This document shows positions 30,130 through 40,739 of a stretch of DNA of 49,006 bases, piece by piece. Position numbers and translations under genes: made by a program. Every line of letters starts with the position of its first letter. The first letter of the stretch is position 1. The notes under the pieces are model-generated. The model was not told the origin of the DNA. It did no database searches and saw only the letters and a program-made list of their open reading frames with translations. The DNA comes from FCB group bacterium (GTDB lineage Bacteria; Fidelibacterota; Marinisomatia; Marinisomatales; J089), in assembly GCA_013152835.1 (NCBI GenBank), contig JAADFQ010000129.1, positions 1-49,006 on the forward strand, written 5' to 3'.

Positions 30130-31959
30130 TTACCGAAGAAAGAACAAACTCAGAATAGGGATATATGTGATGGCAAGCACAACGGCGAGACGGATCAAAA
30201 AGAAAGGGAGCGTCGCTTTATAAATAACGGGCATACTTTTATCAAACCGATATGCGGACAAAAATAAATTCATTCCAACCGGCGGTGTCAGAAAACCGAG
30301 CTCCAGGTTGGCCAGAAATATTACGGCTAGGTGAACGGGATGAATTCCAAAATGGGTGCTCAGAGGAACAATCAGCGGTACAATCACGATAATCGCTGAG
30401 AAAATATCCATCAGACAACCGACCAGGAGAAGTAATAAGTTTAAAAACAACAGGAACAGGTACGGAGAATGAATTGTCGATTTTACAAAACTCAGCAATT
30501 TCATGGGCACCTGGGCATCCACGAGGAAACTGGTTAATCCCATGGCAACACCAAGAATAATCAATACTCCGCCTATCAACGTAGCACACTCCACAATAAT
30601 TCGCGGTAATTGATTCCACGATATATCCCGGTAAACAATCATTTCTATGATCAACACATAAAAGACAGTCACGGCTGCCGTTTCCACCAGGGTCATGAAT
30701 CCACCGAATATACCAATAAGAATAAGGATTGGTAGGGCTAGTTCCCATTTCGCCGACCAGAGAACCGATACGATATGGCGCCAATTATGCGATACGGAAG
30801 AAGATTGTTGATTTTTTTCCTGAAATAAAGCCCAGCCAGCAATGGACACAACTAACAAAACACCGGGTATGGCTCCCCCGATAAAGACATCCTTTACCGA
30901 TACTCCGGCCGTAACACCAAAGATAATTGCCGGTAGACTGGGGGGGAACAGGAGTCCCAACGAACCGGCGACCGTAATCAACCCCAGTGAGAATTGGTCT
31001 GAATAGCCTTCTTTTTTCAGTAAGGGATAGAGTAATCCGCCCAGGGCCAGAATCGTCACACCTGAACCACCCGTCAAGGCGGTAAAAAACCCGCTTAATA
31101 CGACCACAACAATGGGGGTGCCCCCCGGTATCCATCCGAACAACGTACGAAAGACCTCAAAAAGACGTTGCGAAGCCTTGCTCTCGGCCAATAAGTATCC
31201 GGCAAGGGTAAACAAAGGCAACGTCGGTAACGTGGGTGAAACGACAATCCGGTAGGATTCAGCCGGGATGGAACTGGCCGGCGTTCCGTTCCACCAGAAC
31301 AGAACCAGCGCTATGCCACCGAGACCGACAAAAATGGGCGCGCCGAATACCAGAGCCGTCAATATTGAAAGGCAGGCGAATAAAACAATGATCAGCGTTG
31401 GCTGCAGAGCTTCAATAACCAGAAGAAGAATAATGGCCATAGCGATCATCAGAAAGGACGCTCGGAATACGCGCTGATTGCCGCTTTTTAGAAATATCTG
31501 AATCGCAATAAGACCATATCCCAGAGGCATAATAATTTGTGCCACCCATCGAGGCAGATTCGGTGCAATATCGATGGGATATAAGAATTCCCAGCGTATT
31601 AAATCCAGACTTCCCCACAGTAATCCAATGACCACGAGAAAGGAAACAATCTTTGCAAACCAGCGCCAGCCATTGAATGACTCTTCCGGTTGAAACAGCG
31701 GACGCGTTGTTAAGGCCAGCATCTTCCCCTGTCTCATGGCCAGAATAGCACCGATAAATCCGATCCACAAGGTAAGATGCTGAACAATCACCGGCGCTGC
31801 CGGGATACCCGGAATATGAATTATCCGGGAAACGACTTCCAGGGTGGGTATAAAAGCAATCAGGAAAAAGGCGCAGAGGGCCAAAATATCTTCCCCATAC
31901 CGGAGGCCGCTCACAAAAATCTGCGAACGGGAAGTACCAGACTGGGTAGGTTCATTCAT
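30130..31959 (-). CDS. TRAP transporter fused small+large permease (DctQM / TatQM)
   Basis: LWIGFIGAILA (DctQ), LPLFTLAGYLL, GSLGLLFPPSLP, HFGIHPVH, LGFLTPPVGMNLF (DctM). Confidence 0.93.
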   Translation of the reverse strand: MNEPTQSGTSRSQIFVSGLRYGEDILALCAFFLIAFIPTLEVVSRIIHIPGIPAAPVIVQHLTLWIGFIGAILAMRQGKMLALTTRPLFQPEESFNGWRWFAKIVSFLVVIGLLWGSLDLIRWEFLYPIDIAPNLPRWVAQIIMPLGYGLIAIQIFLKSGNQRVFRASFLMIAMAIILLLVIEALQPTLIIVLFACLSILTALVFGAPIFVGLGGIALVLFWWNGTPASSIPAESYRIVVSPTLPTLPLFTLAGYLLAESKASQRLFEVFRTLFGWIPGGTPIVVVVLSGFFTALTGGSGVTILALGGLLYPLLKKEGYSDQFSLGLITVAGSLGLLFPPSLPAIIFGVTAGVSVKDVFIGGAIPGVLLVVSIAGWALFQEKNQQSSSVSHNWRHIVSVLWSAKWELALPILILIGIFGGFMTLVETAAVTVFYVLIIEMIVYRDISWNQLPRIIVECATLIGGVLIILGVAMGLTSFLVDAQVPMKLLSFVKSTIHSPYLFLLFLNLLLLLVGCLMDIFSAIIVIVPLIVPLSTHFGIHPVHLAVIFLANLELGFLTPPVGMNLFLSAYRFDKSMPVIYKATLPFFLIRLAVVLAITYIPILSLFFLR

Positions 31960-32938
31960 TCGATAAACTGAGCGTATCCAGTTTCATCAGAGTATCATAC
32001 ATTTTTTCCGAGATAAAGGAACCACGCAGTTCAGGATACCAACTGCGCACTAATTTTTTCCAGGTCGTATATTCTTCTTCAGTCGGATAAACCACGGTTA
32101 GGCCGTGTTCAACCATTGCATCAATGGCCTTCTGATCAGCAAATCGACCGGTGGCTTGGTGCTTCGCCCCTATTTCATGAGCGATATCCAATAGCGGTTG
32201 CTGATACTTTTCCGGAATTTGATTCCATTTCCGCTTATCCACCACCATGGCGGCAGTAACCAACCCCCATTTCATATATAACATGTGATTGGCCACTCCG
32301 AACCATTGGGACGACAGAGCAAATAAAGGGGTCGTTCCTACGGCATCGATTAGTCCTGTCTGGAGCCCGGACAAAGCATCTGTTGATGCCAGCGAAACGG
32401 ACTGAAAGCCGGCAGACTTCCATAACTCACTGGATTTAAAATCACCGGCCCAGGTGAATATTTTCAAGTCCCGGAGGTCATCCGGTGTCCGAATCTCCTT
32501 ATCCGTAAACCAGTACGCCCAACCAATATCAGCCCAATACAATAACTTAAATCCATTTTTATCGATTTGTTTTTCCAGGTCGGGAGAAATAATGGTACGA
32601 ATCCGGTCCACATCTTCATAATCCTGAAAATACATTGGCATGATGAAAGCATAGACATCGGGAGCCAACTCCGACAGGCCCTCGGTCGTGATACCGGCGG
32701 CATGAATTTGACCAATGCGCATCTTTCGGATCATATCCCGTTCATCACCCACAACCCCATTAGGGTAAATTCTCAGCACGACTTGTCCGTCGGTGGCTTC
32801 GGCCCATTGCTGCCCCATGGTGACAAGCTGACCGTACAATTCGGTACCTTCCGGAGCCAGTGTAGCGAGCTTGATGACAATTTTCTTGGGATAAGCCCAG
32901 GCACTAATTACCAGTAACCAAATAATCCAGCGTTTCAT
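31952..32938 (-). CDS. dctP: TRAP substrate-binding protein DctP (TatP type)
   Basis: IKLATLAPEGT, IYPNGVVGDE.DMIRKMRIGQ, TPDDLRDLKI, LQTGLIDA. Confidence 0.92.
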   Translation of the reverse strand: MKRWIIWLLVISAWAYPKKIVIKLATLAPEGTELYGQLVTMGQQWAEATDGQVVLRIYPNGVVGDERDMIRKMRIGQIHAAGITTEGLSELAPDVYAFIMPMYFQDYEDVDRIRTIISPDLEKQIDKNGFKLLYWADIGWAYWFTDKEIRTPDDLRDLKIFTWAGDFKSSELWKSAGFQSVSLASTDALSGLQTGLIDAVGTTPLFALSSQWFGVANHMLYMKWGLVTAAMVVDKRKWNQIPEKYQQPLLDIAHEIGAKHQATGRFADQKAIDAMVEHGLTVVYPTEEEYTTWKKLVRSWYPELRGSFISEKMYDTLMKLDTLSLSNE

Positions 32939-32945
32939 AGTATTC

Positions 32946-33860
32946 TCAGTAAAATAGTTCTTCTTCCCTGTTTAATAACCATTGAGCCCGGCGCTGCGCG
33001 ATAACGTTGGATAAGCGGTTGGATGGATTTGTATCTACGTCAAAGGAAAGCGCTTTTTCGAGTAAAGCGTGGAACTCTTCCCGATCCTGGTTTCTTACGG
33101 ACACTTTTTCCGCCAACGTCACCAGGATCGATACATCCTGTCCACTGGATGCTGTTAAGGCCTTTTGAAAATAATCACGGGCCCATGCCTCACCGTTCTT
33201 GCCCGCATCAGGTCGGGACAGTGACAACGAAATCATGGCTGAATAAAGACTTCCGTGATTCCATCCGGCATCGAGGTCCAATGCGCTTTCCATGAGTTTC
33301 ACGACTTCCGGAATTCGAATCACCATTTTCGGATCGCCCTGACTGGAAGCTATTTGTCCACCAAGAGCAGCGCCCGTCCAGTACAAAAGGGGAACATCCT
33401 TTTCAACGAATTGAATATCAGGATTTGAATTACCGCTAAGCCATTCAGGAAAACCGGGGTGTCTAATTTCCAGGGCGTGAAGGCCATAACCGGTTGCTCG
33501 TTCAAATAAAATACCGGCCCGTTGGTATTGCTCCAAGCCTCGTTGGTAATTATCCAATATTGTCCGGTCGGCTTCTTCCATAACGAAACCATACGTGTAC
33601 ATCGTGTAGGCACTGCAACCCAGTTCCAGTAAAGCCGTATTATTCGGATGCGTTTCGATCAGTGCATCAATAATTTTTAGATTGGTTGGGAAAGAAGCCG
33701 CCACCAGTTCCGGATCTTTTTCCGACATGGTTACATAGGTTAAATTGTCCAGGAAGGGATCTATCTTTCGTTTTAGTATCGCTGTCGGACTGCAACTATA
33801 GAGAAATAAAAAAGCAAAGATCAGAGAGGCTTGGCAGGATTTTTTAGGGGCGAATTCCAT
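32946..33860 (-). CDS. tatT: TRAP transporter T-component lipoprotein TatT
   Basis: Lipobox LYSC, DPELV..SFP, YTYGFV, LYWTGAA, NVIAQRRAQWLL...EELF; upstream of dctP. Confidence 0.88.
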   Translation of the reverse strand: MEFAPKKSCQASLIFAFLFLYSCSPTAILKRKIDPFLDNLTYVTMSEKDPELVAASFPTNLKIIDALIETHPNNTALLELGCSAYTMYTYGFVMEEADRTILDNYQRGLEQYQRAGILFERATGYGLHALEIRHPGFPEWLSGNSNPDIQFVEKDVPLLYWTGAALGGQIASSQGDPKMVIRIPEVVKLMESALDLDAGWNHGSLYSAMISLSLSRPDAGKNGEAWARDYFQKALTASSGQDVSILVTLAEKVSVRNQDREEFHALLEKALSFDVDTNPSNRLSNVIAQRRAQWLLNREEELFY

Positions 33861-33898
33861 ATCGGAATCTACGTTCCGATAGGTTTTTCAGTCTACGG

Positions 33899-35206
33899 TC
33901 ATTCGTCAAATAAATCCTGATAGAGAGGAAATCTATTACAGAGAATCTGCACTTCGTTGCGCACGTTCTGTTCTTCCTGTTCATCATCAGGATTCTTGAT
34001 AATCCGGTCGATCAGATTCACAATCGTTTTCATTTCGTCCACACCAAACCCGCGTGTTGTAACGGCCGGAGTACCGATGCGGATTCCGCTGGTAATAAAG
34101 GGTGAACGTTTATCGAAGGGAACCATATTTTTATTGACGGTAATACCCGCACGTTCCAACGCTTTTTCAGCCGCTTTTCCCGTTATCGCTTTATTGGTGA
34201 GATCGATTAAAACAAGATGGGTGTCGGTTCCGCCGGAAACCAGTTGATAATCTCTCGACAGAAATTCAGCGGCCATGGCTTGGGCATTGTCAATAATTTG
34301 CCGGCAGTAATCCCTGAAGCCAGGTGTCAGTGCCTCACCAAAAGCCACCGCTTTGGCGGCAATAATATGCATCAACGGTCCCCCCTGAATTCCCGGCATG
34401 ACCATGGAATCGAGGATTTCAGAAATATTTTTCACCCGGCCTGATTTAGGGGCGGTAAGACCGAACGGGTTCTCCCCGTCCTTCCCCACCATAATCATTC
34501 CACCGCGAGGTCCGCGCAGTGTCTTATGGGTCGTCGTGGTGACCACATCACAATAGGGCATCGGCGAGGGATGAAATCCCGTAGCAACCAGCCCGGCGGG
34601 ATGGGCAATATCGGCCATTAAGAAAGCGCCGACAGTATCCGCAACTTCATGAAATTGCTCAAATTCAATAAACCGGGGATAAGCGCTCCCTCCGCATATA
34701 ATGAGCCGGGGCTTGTGTTCCCGGGCCAACTTCATAACTTCGTCAAAATCGACGCGTCCCGTATCCGCATCTAAGTGATAGGGTATAATATTAAACAATT
34801 TGCCAGAAAAATTCACCGGGCTGCCGTGCGTGAGATGACCGCCATGGGCTAAATCCAAACCCATGATAGTCTCGCCGACCTTGACGAAAGTAAGTAAAGC
34901 GGCCATATTGGCCTGAGAACCGGAATGGGGCTGAACATTCACATATTCTGCATTAAACAAGCGGGATGCCCGTTCCCGGGCCAGATTTTCCGCTTCATCG
35001 ACGATATCACAACCACCATAATATCGTTTCCCGGGATAACCTTCGGCGTATTTGTTGGTCATCACGCCGCCAGCCATTTCCAGCACCGCACGACTTACAA
35101 AATTTTCGGAAGCGATCAATTCCAACGTATTATGCTCGCGCCCGATTTCTTTTTTCAGGATATTATAAGCCTGCGGGTCAGAAGCGGCCAGGGAAGCAAA
35201 AGACAT
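33899..35206 (-). CDS. glyA: Serine hydroxymethyltransferase
   Basis: [45 protein letters not shown]. Confidence 0.99.
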   Translation of the reverse strand: MSFASLAASDPQAYNILKKEIGREHNTLELIASENFVSRAVLEMAGGVMTNKYAEGYPGKRYYGGCDIVDEAENLARERASRLFNAEYVNVQPHSGSQANMAALLTFVKVGETIMGLDLAHGGHLTHGSPVNFSGKLFNIIPYHLDADTGRVDFDEVMKLAREHKPRLIICGGSAYPRFIEFEQFHEVADTVGAFLMADIAHPAGLVATGFHPSPMPYCDVVTTTTHKTLRGPRGGMIMVGKDGENPFGLTAPKSGRVKNISEILDSMVMPGIQGGPLMHIIAAKAVAFGEALTPGFRDYCRQIIDNAQAMAAEFLSRDYQLVSGGTDTHLVLIDLTNKAITGKAAEKALERAGITVNKNMVPFDKRSPFITSGIRIGTPAVTTRGFGVDEMKTIVNLIDRIIKNPDDEQEEQNVRNEVQILCNRFPLYQDLFDE

Positions 35207-35214
35207 TATTAAAT

Positions 35215-36492
35215 CTACCAGTTAGCCTCTTTATTCAATTTTTCCGTTACCCAGCGGTAACAATCGCCGGTTGGCGTGAGATAACCCTGGCGTTTTACTT
35301 TCGGATCCAGCATGAACCAATTCGCTTTGGTGAATAGCACTTCATTATCGCTGAGCCATTGCCGGGATGATGAATACCGTTTGTAATTGTTACTTTCCGC
35401 TTCCTGAAAATATTTACTGGCCAGGGAAGCGACAATCCGATCGTCATCCGTTAAGCTGGTTCCGCGGCAATTCTGAAAGGCCTTATAAAACACCTTACCC
35501 TTTTGCCCCAGGGATTCACCGTTAGAGCCGGAAACCTGTATGGCTTTTTCCGCCCAGCGAAGCGCTTTGCCAAAATCTTTCAACTCAATATTCAAATCGG
35601 AGATTTTAATCGCCACCCGGAAATCACGGGGATCCAGTTTAAACAGTTCTTCATAGGCTTTTGAGGCATTCTCCAGCGCGTCGATGCTGCTGTATGTATC
35701 CGCAAGTTTTCGGTAGGCCAGTCGGCTGGTATTATCCACGGAAATTACCTGTTTGATCACATCAATGGCTTCCTCGGGGCGTTCCGCATTCAGTAAACGT
35801 TCCGCATAATCGATTCCATAGGATACATTTTCAGGATTTTTTATGAACCGTTCCCGAATGAATTCCAACGGATCTTTCCCGCTTTTTTCATAGGCCACGG
35901 CCAGTTCGCCCTGGGCGATTTCATTATCCGGTTCCAGAGCGACCAATTTACGCAGAACATAAATCTGATCATCATAACGCTCATCTTCACTGTAGAGATC
36001 GGCTAAGTCCGTCAGAATAGAAGCGTCATCCGGCGCCATATCCATAAGTCGTTCGTACTCTACAATCTCTTTATCTTTTTCGCCCTGTTTTTTATAGGAA
36101 TAGGCCAGTCGTTTTCGTAAATCAACGTTATCAGGTAATTTCTGAAGACCTTTCAGAAGGACAAACTCGGCACTATCGTATTTAGCCAGATATTCATAAG
36201 CAATTGCCCAATAGAGGTAAATTTCTTCTGGTGGTGAAAATTGAGGATGGGATTCATCACATCCCAGATCAATAAGATCACCATAAATACGCACGGTTGC
36301 CGGCCAGTCCTGGTTTCGGTAATATTCAGCGGCGGAACTCATTAGCCGCGGACAGCGGACATTTCTAAGGGAATCCAGAGTGCTGCTATCCGTTTCCGTT
36401 GCGGCTCCCTGATCCTCAGGTGGAACGCACATAATGACCAACGACACAACCGCAACAAGGGTTATCACCCGACGATTGAAAAGATGATTCAT
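35215..36492 (-). CDS. Exported TPR-repeat protein (possible lipoprotein)
   Basis: Hydrophobic N-terminus ending VIMC; many TPR units; start MNHLF gives a TGATG overlap with the upstream gene. Confidence 0.8.
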   Translation of the reverse strand: MNHLFNRRVITLVAVVSLVIMCVPPEDQGAATETDSSTLDSLRNVRCPRLMSSAAEYYRNQDWPATVRIYGDLIDLGCDESHPQFSPPEEIYLYWAIAYEYLAKYDSAEFVLLKGLQKLPDNVDLRKRLAYSYKKQGEKDKEIVEYERLMDMAPDDASILTDLADLYSEDERYDDQIYVLRKLVALEPDNEIAQGELAVAYEKSGKDPLEFIRERFIKNPENVSYGIDYAERLLNAERPEEAIDVIKQVISVDNTSRLAYRKLADTYSSIDALENASKAYEELFKLDPRDFRVAIKISDLNIELKDFGKALRWAEKAIQVSGSNGESLGQKGKVFYKAFQNCRGTSLTDDDRIVASLASKYFQEAESNNYKRYSSSRQWLSDNEVLFTKANWFMLDPKVKRQGYLTPTGDCYRWVTEKLNKEANW

Positions 36493-37769
36493 CAAATCTC
36501 TCTCCTTTTTACGAACCAAATGTCACTTAAACTCAGGTTAATGGAAAATTTCTGAATCGTATCTACCGGGCTTAAGCCACCCGATCGTAATCCGTAACTA
36601 TAATCGAAATCGATATAATTATCGGTAACACCAAATTTAATACCAAGACGGGTTGTGACTCCAACTTCATTTATCCCGACAGAATTACCTGTAAAATTAA
36701 ATTGACTCCCATAGATGCCCGTAGAATAGCGTAAACGACTAGGTAATGTTTTTGTATACTCCCCGGTGAATTTATGCCAGGTGAGCGACCAGTTCAGATT
36801 GTTATTTAACGGCTGATGATTTAATGTTGCCTCGTCTGCGTTTTTTCCGTTTTCCTTCCAATAACTCACCTGTGTTACCAGTTGGGATGTTTTACCGGTA
36901 TGTACCCCGGTAGCCAGTTCGATAAAAAACGGAGCATGAACGTCATTAATCGTTGACGAAACCGGTTCCAGGTTCGCAACGGAAGACGGAAAATCATATA
37001 AATCATGGAAATCATCATTAATCCCGGACTCATTGACATCCTGGAATAACTGGTACTGATTTTTCGTTATTGAAACTGGAGAAAAGGCCAAACCCAAGGA
37101 AGTTTTCACCCATAGGGAATAACTATGAAACTGCATATCATTAAAGGATAAATAGAATTGTACAAGACTTCCTGAATAGTCTGACCGTGTCCATTGAACA
37201 AAATTATCATTTCCCAGATCCAAAGATGATTTCACTCTCCGCGATCCAAATAACCCGGAAAATTTGATTCCTACATCAATCCGTTCATTAAAGCGGGTAC
37301 CAAATCCGATGAATGCCTGTGACATTCCTCCGGCCGATTGCATGGATCCCGATAAGGTCAGTGTATCCTCCCAGCTCTTGAACGTTGATATTTCGCTGGT
37401 AAGATGATAACTCTGGTCCAGATAAGGTTCGAGACCGAGACCAAATGCATATTTTTGTTTAATTGGAAGAATGAACATGATTTGATTCAGATTACTGCCC
37501 GACCGAAAAAGTCCGTTATCCCCTTTAAGAGAAACACCGCCATAGTTTGCTTTTATAATCGTGAATCGAAGATATCTCCACGAGGAGGGATCAGATGTAG
37601 ATGCTTTGGAGCTGAGATCAAAACTAAATCCGGGTGTGTTTCCCAACCACCGCGGCTGAGCCGATGAGGCGAAGTCCCCTAATCCAGTTCCACCGACATT
37701 CACCTGTCCCGCCAGGATAGTTACTGACAGGATTAATCCAGATAGGGTTACTCTATTTCGATTGCACAT
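36492..37769 (-). CDS. FadL-like outer membrane beta-barrel (Bacteroidota BamG-like)
   Basis: Signal peptide, GLGD.., DPSS (NPAS-like), FGLGLEPY, GGMSQAFIGFG, amphipathic strands, C-terminal LSLSDIWFVKR. Confidence 0.7.
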   Translation of the reverse strand: MCNRNRVTLSGLILSVTILAGQVNVGGTGLGDFASSAQPRWLGNTPGFSFDLSSKASTSDPSSWRYLRFTIIKANYGGVSLKGDNGLFRSGSNLNQIMFILPIKQKYAFGLGLEPYLDQSYHLTSEISTFKSWEDTLTLSGSMQSAGGMSQAFIGFGTRFNERIDVGIKFSGLFGSRRVKSSLDLGNDNFVQWTRSDYSGSLVQFYLSFNDMQFHSYSLWVKTSLGLAFSPVSITKNQYQLFQDVNESGINDDFHDLYDFPSSVANLEPVSSTINDVHAPFFIELATGVHTGKTSQLVTQVSYWKENGKNADEATLNHQPLNNNLNWSLTWHKFTGEYTKTLPSRLRYSTGIYGSQFNFTGNSVGINEVGVTTRLGIKFGVTDNYIDFDYSYGLRSGGLSPVDTIQKFSINLSLSDIWFVKRREI

Positions 37770-38961
37770 AAAGGATTCTTAAATGAGTATTACCTGTTGT
37801 GGAAAAATGAATTACATCAAACGGATTGGTGTTTGTTTTGGCATAAAGTTTAATACCCAGATTAGGGTAAGAATTCTGCCGGATTGTCTGTAGGTACGTC
37901 TTCAAATTCACTTTCAAGTTTCCGCCGGAAATAATAGCATCAGATGTAAAAAATCCCCGGACGGAAATATCGTCATTCTCTTTTTCCATATATTCTGTAG
38001 ATGTCAGTGTGTCGGCCACCGGAACAAATTGGATTGCAAACTCTGAATTAAACGTAGTGTCGGCAACGGGTAACGATAATTCTGCCTGGTCGATGAGTAT
38101 CATCCCCTGAAGAGAATCCAAAACAGCGAGATCGAGATTTACAATTGCCTTGAAACCCCTCCCGGAAGAGATACTCAGGTATTGTTGATCTTTTAATGAT
38201 ACAGGCGGCGGAGTAGCAATTGTCACATCCTTAGTGACAGCAAAAGACCGTGCCAAAGTATCCAGAACATTTCCCTGAGAATCCACCGTTCGGAAATTAA
38301 CCGTGATTGAAGGGGGATTTGAGGATTCACGGCTCATCAATCGCAGGGAATCGTTAAGGTCGCCAACCAGGTTCAAACCAATGGTTCGGCTGCTGAGCGA
38401 ATCGGTAAACGATGTGGCAAATTGAGAAAAATCCCAGCGGAGAAATGTATCGCCGGTATCGGGAGGGATAAGGAGAAATTGCCCCGATCCAATGGAAATT
38501 CCCCGGGAATAGTCCGTTTCGGAGAAATTCATATAGTTTGATTTCGATTCATTGAATATTGAATCGGAAACATCGGAAAAGTTTACCGCCTCTACATTCG
38601 GAGGAAGAAAAGTCGAGTCCGTTTGAACGGGAAATTGCATAAAGATGCTATCGATCCGAATTGAGTCCGATTCCATCAATTTTTTCCAGGTAAGCGCCGA
38701 ATAACCGCTCGCTGCATTGGCAAACTGAACCAGTACGAAGCGACAAGAAAAAGAATCGATTGTCCCTAAATACAATTTATTTTGTGCGCCGAATTCCGGT
38801 GGAATATGATATGTAAATCCGGAGATATCTGATATCGAAAGGGTGTCCGCAAGCATTAGATGATCCGAGGTTAACCCGCTTTGAACCGGGGTTTCTTCAC
38901 AGGACCAGAATATAACTCCCAGAATCACCCACAGGGGTGTGCGTTGAAGCAGTTTTTGCAT
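37753..38961 (-). CDS. Lipoprotein, DUF4270-like (Bacteroidota BamH-like)
   Basis: Lipobox FWSC followed by acidic EE; LYLG, RIDSIFM, IDQAELSLPV, C-terminal LRILY; lies directly after a half glycogen synthase as DUF4270 genes do. Confidence 0.6.
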   Translation of the reverse strand: MQKLLQRTPLWVILGVIFWSCEETPVQSGLTSDHLMLADTLSISDISGFTYHIPPEFGAQNKLYLGTIDSFSCRFVLVQFANAASGYSALTWKKLMESDSIRIDSIFMQFPVQTDSTFLPPNVEAVNFSDVSDSIFNESKSNYMNFSETDYSRGISIGSGQFLLIPPDTGDTFLRWDFSQFATSFTDSLSSRTIGLNLVGDLNDSLRLMSRESSNPPSITVNFRTVDSQGNVLDTLARSFAVTKDVTIATPPPVSLKDQQYLSISSGRGFKAIVNLDLAVLDSLQGMILIDQAELSLPVADTTFNSEFAIQFVPVADTLTSTEYMEKENDDISVRGFFTSDAIISGGNLKVNLKTYLQTIRQNSYPNLGIKLYAKTNTNPFDVIHFSTTGNTHLRILYVQSK

Positions 38962-38979
38962 GGTGTGGACTACGCTGAC

Positions 38980-39807
38980 TTATGAGAAAAGTTTCTCAAT
39001 CGTAGCATCGATACTATCGGCGATAGCAGAGTAATCTGGATTTTCATCATCATCCCAGGGAATAACGTCCACTTTTCCGGCATTTGCCTTAAAACCCTTA
39101 CGTTTCAATAACTGGGTTGAATTCTGATTGGATGGGGTATCGAAAATAATAATCCGATCAGCGGAATAGGCGGCTACCTCATAGCAATTCAGTGTGGCTC
39201 CCTTTAAATCCTCGGGAACGGTTACACCTGCCGATTCATAAACGGAACGAGCAAAAGTGTCGTATTCATCCAAATTGTGAATAACCAGCACTGTATGAAT
39301 ATCTTTGTAAAATGAATCTTTGGCATATATTTCCCGGTACGCCAGTGGAACCAGAGACGTCTGCCATCCATTACAGAACACAATATCCGGGCTCCAAAAC
39401 AGATGCGGCAAAGATGCCAATGCTGAAATACTGTAAAAGGCAGATCGCATATCATTGTCACTTAATACGCGGCCATTTTTTGCTTTGTACAATAAATTAT
39501 TCAAAGGTGAAAACCATTCTTTATGTTCCAGGAAATAGACCTGAACCCGGGTTTTCGGAATAAAGGCGCTTTTTGCCGAAACCATCTGATCCTGACCCTC
39601 AAAAGTAAACGGTATTTCACGGAGACGGATTACCTCGCGGAGAATATATTTTCTTTCACTCACGAACCCATACTTGGGAATCATGGTTCGGATATCATGC
39701 CCCTTCGATTGAAGAGCCAAAGGAACTTTGGCGGAAAATTCCCCGAGGGGTGAGGTGGATGCAAAAGGAGTAATTTCAGTCGTTAAATAAAAGATCTTGC
39801 GAGCCAT
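38980..39807 (-). CDS. Glycogen/starch synthase N-terminal (GT5) domain-only protein
   Basis: EITPF, GHDIRTMIPKYG..SERKYILREVIRL, PDIVFCNGWQTSLVP, IHNL; only 275 aa; KTGGL replaced by STSPL. Confidence 0.85.
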   Translation of the reverse strand: MARKIFYLTTEITPFASTSPLGEFSAKVPLALQSKGHDIRTMIPKYGFVSERKYILREVIRLREIPFTFEGQDQMVSAKSAFIPKTRVQVYFLEHKEWFSPLNNLLYKAKNGRVLSDNDMRSAFYSISALASLPHLFWSPDIVFCNGWQTSLVPLAYREIYAKDSFYKDIHTVLVIHNLDEYDTFARSVYESAGVTVPEDLKGATLNCYEVAAYSADRIIIFDTPSNQNSTQLLKRKGFKANAGKVDVIPWDDDENPDYSAIADSIDATIEKLFS

Positions 39808-39815
39808 AAATGATG

Positions 39816-40643
39816 CTATTCCATATTTAATTGTTTCAAAGATTCTTTGGCTTTATCGACATATTCACTTCCGGGAAAATAATCCAGGAGGCGCTTATAT
39901 TCATCGCGGGCTTTTTCCAATTCGCCCATACTTTGATAAGCCAATCCAAGTTTTAGCTGAGCGTCATCATCTTTGTCCGTCCCGGGAAAAGTGAATACCT
40001 TCCCGAACTCGATGACTGACCGTTTGTAATTTTTCTGTGAATAAAAACATTCCGCCAACCAATACTGACTGTTATCGGCCAATTCATTCCGGGGGTCGGC
40101 TACAACCAATTCAGAGAAGCCCCGTATGGCATCTTCATAACGACCATTTTGATAGTTACTCAGGCTTTCAATATAACGATTCTTATATTGCTGTGGAGTC
40201 AATTTGGCAGTCTGACTTACCTCGGGAGGTTCATTTTTTAAATTATACATTTCCGTGAAACTGTTCGTCAATGTAACCACTTTATTTTCGATCATGACTA
40301 ACTGTGCAAGGATCTCGAAATTGGTGCTATCCGTATAAGCAGCTTTATCTTCCAGAATATGGATTTTATTCTGCAGGGTGTTGATTTTATTGATAATTGA
40401 AATATCTACAGAATCGGATTGTTTTTTGGCTTCGGTAGCAGCACGGAGTGTATTTTTTAAATCCGGAAGCAAGATCCTGATCTGGTTATCCAGGCTATCA
40501 ATTCGTACTTTTTCCCGATTGATGCGTGCTTCCAACCGTTTGAACTTTCGTTCCACATCACTCTGCTGTCCAAAAACAATGCCGGAAAGGAGGATGATGA
40601 AAAAGAGTATGGGTTTGCCGGAGATGAGCTGTCGCATAGACAT
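39816..40643 (-). CDS. cpoB: Tol-Pal associated coiled-coil/TPR protein CpoB (YbgF)
   Basis: Signal peptide, coiled coil, LADNSQYWLAECFY, DAQLKLG, YFPGS. Confidence 0.85.
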   Translation of the reverse strand: MSMRQLISGKPILFFIILLSGIVFGQQSDVERKFKRLEARINREKVRIDSLDNQIRILLPDLKNTLRAATEAKKQSDSVDISIINKINTLQNKIHILEDKAAYTDSTNFEILAQLVMIENKVVTLTNSFTEMYNLKNEPPEVSQTAKLTPQQYKNRYIESLSNYQNGRYEDAIRGFSELVVADPRNELADNSQYWLAECFYSQKNYKRSVIEFGKVFTFPGTDKDDDAQLKLGLAYQSMGELEKARDEYKRLLDYFPGSEYVDKAKESLKQLNME

Positions 40644-40739
40644 CCTTTACATAATTGCCAAATCGAATACAATGAATTTACCGAGGATATATAAGGAACA
40701 TCAATATCTTTCCCGGATTTGGAACCAATGCCCGATCAC

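Noticed and set aside
39816-40643. Full tol-pal operon
   Set aside because: Only cpoB is present; no tolQRAB or pal in the window
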